DNA of 62,736 nt from Verrucomicrobiota bacterium (GTDB lineage Bacteria > Verrucomicrobiota > Verrucomicrobiia > Limisphaerales > CANJXF01): the NCBI GenBank assembly GCA_038214755.1, contig JBBQRQ010000018.1, forward strand, positions 1-62,736. The letters run 5' to 3'. How positions within the stretch are numbered: position 1 is the first letter of the stretch; every line of letters begins with the position of its first letter. A program made the translations under genes and the position numbers. Shown here piece by piece: positions 60,901-62,736 of the stretch. Below the pieces are notes generated by a model. That model made no database searches. It was not told where the DNA came from and saw only the letters and a list, made by a program, of their open reading frames with translations.

Positions 60901-62594
60901 GGAATGCCGTCGTCATCGGTGTCGTAGCAAAGATTTCCGCCACTCTTGCCCGCGTAATCCCAGGTCGCACGCCCGTCGTAGAGAGTAAAAGCCATTCCGT
61001 TTAAGGTATGTCCTTCCAGTTCGACGACACCGGCTGGAACTTCTAATCGCACCCATTGGCCGGTGGGAGGAAGCGCACCCATGTAATGACGAGCGGCGGT
61101 TGCGTTGGCGCCCCAGGGAATGCTGTTGGCTCCCCAGTACGCGCGATGTTCCCAACTGCCATCATTCCATTGCAGCATGACTTCGCCCGGAGTGTTGGTT
61201 GGGTCTAAGTAGGCGTAACAAATCAAAGTATCATTAGTATGGATGACCAGGGTGTTGGTAACGCTTTGGAAATATTGTTGATGAATGCCAGACTCGCTCG
61301 CGGATTGACTGGCGCGTGTTGCAGAAAACGGGGTTGGGTTGTTAGTGACCCATGTCCAGGGTGTCACACTGGAGCCATCGTTTCCACCTAACGGGATAGA
61401 ATCGTCAACCCAAACAACGTCAATGGGCCGACAAGCGGTCGCGACGTAATGGTACCCGATATCGATCTGTGTCGCTGCTTCCCGGACTTCATTAGTCTGG
61501 GTAGTGAAATGGTAGAGTCCTGCTTCGTCAGCGGTTTGACTTCCTCGATTGATTAAGGCGCTGTTGGTCGAGAGATAGAAATTACCCCGCGTCCCAGTTT
61601 GCCAGTTGAAATTGGTGACAAGAATATCGTTTGACCCTCTTGGGTTGGTGTATTGGGCTCCATCAATGAATGCGTTGTAGTCGTAATCGGTATATGTTGG
61701 ATTGTTTGTATAACCATCGGAAACAGAAAAGGCCGTTTCATCAAACGCACAGTTTCGGATGCTGACACGCACCGGTTTGGTTCGGGCCAATCCAACCGCT
61801 CCGCCCCGCATGGTGCAATTTTGAGCCATCAGATAGGTATTGGTATAGCCTTGCCCCATCCCCAGCCACAGTCTCTCAAATAAACAGTTGGTAAAGGCAG
61901 CCGAGACAATGTAACCCCCTAGGATACCGCCATTGAATTCACTATTGGCCGCATTGACTTTGATAAAGGCGAGCGCATTTGCATTGCCGTTTGAACTTCC
62001 GTAATCCTCCCGAAAGTAGCAGGTAGGCTCGCCTGCCAGCATTGAACCACGGGTGAAGTTAAATTTAAGTTGCGGCGCGGTATTGGTCGAGGTCGCCCAA
62101 CCGGTCATCCCACCTGGCCCTCCGCGAATTTCCCACTGCCCATTGCCTTCCTGCACCGTATTGTATCTCACCCAATAGTCGTGGTTCTCTACCGTGCCAT
62201 TAAAACTGAGAATATTTGTGTCTGCGATATGAATGCCGTGTCCCTGATGAGAATAACCGGAAGTAGTTTGAAACCAGGATACGGCGGTGCCTTCGGTAAA
62301 GGTTAAATTTCCAACCGTCGTTCCGCCGAAGGCATAATCTAATGGGTCGTAGTGATAGCCTAAGTCCGGCGTGTCAGTGTCGCGTTGCGCTTGGGGCGAG
62401 AGAGTTAAATCTGCGCTAATGGTCGCATTGGAATAAACCAGCGGCGGATAGCTCGTTCTCTTTTGTATGTCAGCCAAAACGGTGGCACTGATGTTGGTGG
62501 TTCCGGCATTGCGATAAATGCTATTGGTGGCGAGATAGCAACTCCCCGCGCCAACGGTTTGAAATACGCCCGGAACATCATTCGTAATGACAAA
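51930..62594 (-). CDS. giant Rhs/YD-repeat polymorphic toxin with Ig-like and propeller domains; 5' end interrupted by IS4
   Basis: Frame is open from the IS junction to 51930. Contains an I-set Ig domain, several bacterial Ig-like repeats, IARWDGTNW propeller repeats, YD repeats, NPLIYRDPSG, and a 219-aa tip with RPDFILG...GEIK. Confidence 0.9.
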   Translation of the reverse strand, partial: FVITNDVPGVFQTVGAGSCYLATNSIYRNAGTTNISATVLADIQKRTSYPPLVYSNATISADLTLSPQAQRDTDTPDLGYHYDPLDYAFGGTTVGNLTFTEGTAVSWFQTTSGYSHQGHGIHIADTNILSFNGTVENHDYWVRYNTVQEGNGQWEIRGGPGGMTGWATSTNTAPQLKFNFTRGSMLAGEPTCYFREDYGSSNGNANALAFIKVNAANSEFNGGILGGYIVSAAFTNCLFERLWLGMGQGYTNTYLMAQNCTMRGGAVGLARTKPVRVSIRNCAFDETAFSVSDGYTNNPTYTDYDYNAFIDGAQYTNPRGSNDILVTNFNWQTGTRGNFYLSTNSALINRGSQTADEAGLYHFTTQTNEVREAATQIDIGYHYVATACRPIDVVWVDDSIPLGGNDGSSVTPWTWVTNNPTPFSATRASQSASESGIHQQYFQSVTNTLVIHTNDTLICYAYLDPTNTPGEVMLQWNDGSWEHRAYWGANSIPWGANATAARHYMGALPPTGQWVRLEVPAGVVELEGHTLNGMAFTLYDGRATWDYAGKSGGNLCYDTDDDGIPDYQEDHNGNGILDSGETLWKLSILSHPTNQVVAKGRCAAFKVTAGGISPITYQWRFNGTNLSGQTGPTLILCDLHATNAGNYSVIVSNSSGSIISSDASLIVCSPLLDSISNLSVAAGSGSHSIALTGIAPGCAELGVLNLTASASDTNLIPTLSVSYTNPNTNGTLYFTPATTGTGVVTISVTVHNIRDTNLINGSFNFNGVITCNSNSGLSLVTNLDFIGSGQASSTNSGDFAGFSSSNIVSYIPLQFDPPIPWVDTFLIFTNANKICSVDAAGIILTGRSTNLLSVEGTALIHLTGRSNTPGRWGVQAAWSDGGGGGGGGGIGPPFIARTVAGFAGNAIVGGDDPVTGTFQVTVTLSGAGPSVSMVSPTNNQLFVLSPTNILLTATATTASGTITGVGFYNGATLLGNGTAGASNSYSLLWTNVTSGIYNLSAKATNTLGASATSASVSITVNAPPTVSIVSPTNNAVFTEVANVTLSATASDSDGTISKVDFYHGTNLIQTVTSPVGGYYTFTWNDRTHQVYPITAVATDNRGATGNSPISYFTVTSTNPSPTIQITYPTNNSFFHAGSDITIRATATDTSPGSVTNVSFYIDGKLLGHDPSDPYSITKWCWEPGTYVLTAKATDNGNAKTLSDPVNITINEQLPTDGGGFWDPVFANPGPGIFPTIWALTPGPNGSLFAGGRSLTHFGSVSAESIARWDGTNWSAMAAGFHGVVYAITVEGTNIFAGGSFTNSGSNRVSHIARWNGTNWVAIGNELGYSGTPAVFAIALVGSEVYIGGEFTSAGNDTNVQYLAKLSGTNWVPVGSPLSGPVRAITSISNTVYIGGDFSNAGGNSDANYIARLNGTTWTNLGSGVSGRVRALVACGDNLFVGGDFNEAGGDTNANCIAKWEQNRWSTLGIGVSGGIDDSESQAAPSVFTIVLRENQVFVGGEFTEVWNGTNMVSALYVARATWSEASQTWTWSSLDEGVSGFGTYDHVFSSAILQGPVTNAYDLFVGGCFTNAGASQKVSNNIGRWSVGKPYPPTVPTITITNPSSYTTFTNPTSITIDAQAIRGDTNSAITSVMFFADGAYVASGTPTNSTNRTGSWISGIGFGVHFLTATATDDNNVQGVSSPVIIRVIDSNNIVNVKDDTYILTVNSPAVEFFVLTNDLTAGLRIEKIAQRGAGLGEVAVSQDRTYLTYTPFPNTYGTDNFIYTATNSTGAAVDAWVTVIIRSKPTVQIGSPVNRFTTNVSSTIAISGTSKDYDGTVTNIDLFVNGNKVNQSTNPAFSFTWSTNVASYYSIVAVATDNHGLSNRSSTLLVVITNSSSGTHLPEAVISNLVGTVFMVGGTDVLVTNNPVIREGHFALVGRAYDDDPVSYRVSLHYPDDLENVLANLTMLPLDAQGFHSGGDTNGALGDLDLSAIPNGIYDLVLTVQGGGAEATAMVRFSLDTQLKIGQFSFSEQDLVIPVNGIPLTVIRTYNSLNTKQGDFGFNWTYALNDMDVVLDEERTNVEALSSLDGPDDELTFSLRTGGGRNVTLTLPNGERATFQFTLTNSAALDCPSCYDAKWIPPPGVLATLTTTNPATKDGAGDNTLFALFNPPVWKAGNYVPMDGYDFSQWVLTTSDGTQYEISRDLPGENSFTYTLLDKENYFGVPFKAYYIKPHANKPRLTRILQRSGNAIAINPNDITHYNPTGAVTRATLFERDGENRIIAVRDPNSGSSGLPIVRYVYNNTSGNLIQVFKLVDRATGSYLTNKYHYDHPSFPHYITSIEDARGIPIARNLYDDSGRLTGIIDAAGRTNSFEHDIAGRREVHYDRSGQPTIYKYDSQGNVTNIVDALGHPTSFQYDTNGYLLASTDALTNTTYFTNDARGNVLSVTVPYPVGADPATYTTRFTWDAFDNQTSVVLPTGGVITNVYDANGNLTETRDEAGNLISSTTFNSLGLVDSDGDKFGTNRYGFDAIGNLKLFTNSLSKVTTNSYDDNGNLTTLGDGSGTSVTSYDAQNRERTADYGHGITLTNNYETFSDWSSVDGPTIGHMERQFDTQGRLGGWVTANGSTPGFAYDVNGRLEYETNSIGVVTRRVYNAVGWLTSSTNLATGGYAAYSYDAAGRKTSQTNALGQVTWFGYWPSGSLKAMTNATGTNFWLYSDAAGACSACGNSGSVTDVLARVTESVTSAHGLPLQTIRRASAGATGANAATNSTTYLAGLTTPEQEAEEYPATVTDEGGRVRSYAYTDLGQLLTATDLGGNLWTNQYDLDTGALTNVLSPTSEKLTYSYDDLDNVKTIRFGDGNYLTNYYNAENRLNGARLPSGVYLTNFFDEAGRLTNRSSTIGETATFSFNGNDAVTQMSDNTGTTTNLSDVAGRFVGINYPSGATVRYGLDVLDRITSMTNKASAGGTAYVTRYQYDLSGSVTNVIDPFSGNTGFEYDRVGRRTKRVLPNGVVTEWKYDWRDRMTNISHKTSGGTTLASFGYVRNTGGEPNKITREDGTYVELKYDEAWRLTNEVYKTSGGSVTEEIIYGYDAAGNRTNLVKGGVTLTNRVSGGYRITAVTNASSGVQTESYGYDDGGRVTTITRDSATLNLGYNTADQVIAVTNGSAWVKYQHDANGRRTISTNSAGTVRRLLVAPTPGSNLESVHLIANASGTVQQGYVYVGDEPILRFDAAGNRVYYLEDAMGSVAALANGAGTATVASFRYDGFGNVRSQSGTTNAPSGTGGDFRFHGAWLEEGSSLYNMRAREYDARLGRFTSRDADPGNFQIPESLHTYNFANSNPLIYRDPSGQFTLIEVSITSLINSGLQALRGVAVAKGRQKALQTIGNLVKDEVLKEVKNLFPLPDFPSDWKKGLEFSKTISKFICDELHAPDKLFLEVPVSPAGEPQDNGFNCKEGIDVKQLMKYVRLRVPRPDFILGGNAPMSGKTWVVGEIKSTLAGLYREYAKPQTNPRQFNAMINYAAKHTHPKIALMICATKGRNAPTKAVIKATILKEGLRMGAIPIVLVIVD

Positions 62595-62595
62595 G

Positions 62596-62736
62596 CACTA
62601 CTGTCCGGTTTAAAAGCCCGGTAAACACGGGTGATATCGAGGGTCGAGCGATTCCGAGGGTGGCGGCAGTTGAGCAAGGGCCTGGAAAATGGGCGTTTTC
62701 TCGAAAAGTGTGAGGCTCAAAATCTGTAGAATGGTG
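62596..62736 (-). mobile_element. IS4-family element end (transposase C-terminus and terminal inverted repeat)
   Basis: Minus-strand frame TILQILSLTLFEKTPIFQAL...PGF* (stop at 62610), followed by the terminal sequence ACCGGACAGTAGTG. Confidence 0.8.

Larger units (their letters stand above)
46415..62736. mobile_element. genomic island inserted in lepA (continues past the window)
   Basis: Starts at the lepA breakpoint. Host REP families disappear, codon style changes, and the cargo is toxins, ankyrins and an IS. No integrase is seen in the window. Confidence 0.7.

Noticed and set aside
62405..62677. 90-aa minus-strand ORF as the Rhs N-terminus
   Set aside because: It spans the IS end in a frame matching neither the transposase nor the Rhs gene.

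Overview
This window is most likely from a Verrucomicrobiota chromosome: it carries the PVC-signature small basic protein (25385-25540) and several PEP-CTERM genes. Positions 1-46.3 kb are mostly core genes (mntH, trxA, tyrS, a pseudouridine synthase, folD, holA, a UvrD-family helicase, hscB, an IscA-family protein, purE, dsbD, clsB). Their intergenic spaces are dense with REP doublets, MITEs and 7-10-mer tandem repeats, and some repeats sit in-frame inside proteins. There are two accessory regions. (1) At 4.2-8.5 kb, an XRE regulator and a choice-of-anchor-L-like protein are followed by three PEP-CTERM genes. Each is followed by a diverged, gene-less copy of the last ~60 codons of the anchor-L gene, giving a cassette-like array. 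(2) From 46.4 kb to the end, an island begins where lepA is truncated. It carries a >3500-aa Ig/propeller-Rhs polymorphic toxin interrupted at its 5' end by an IS4-family element, plus an orphan Rhs-CT. Both toxins have PD-(D/E)XK-like tips and each is followed by an ankyrin-repeat gene. The strongest candidate for novelty is that both toxin tips, at the predicted Rhs autocleavage site, begin with Phe1-x-x-x-Glu5 plus an apolar helix, like a mature type IV pilin. Family calls come from motif recognition only; no database searches were run.
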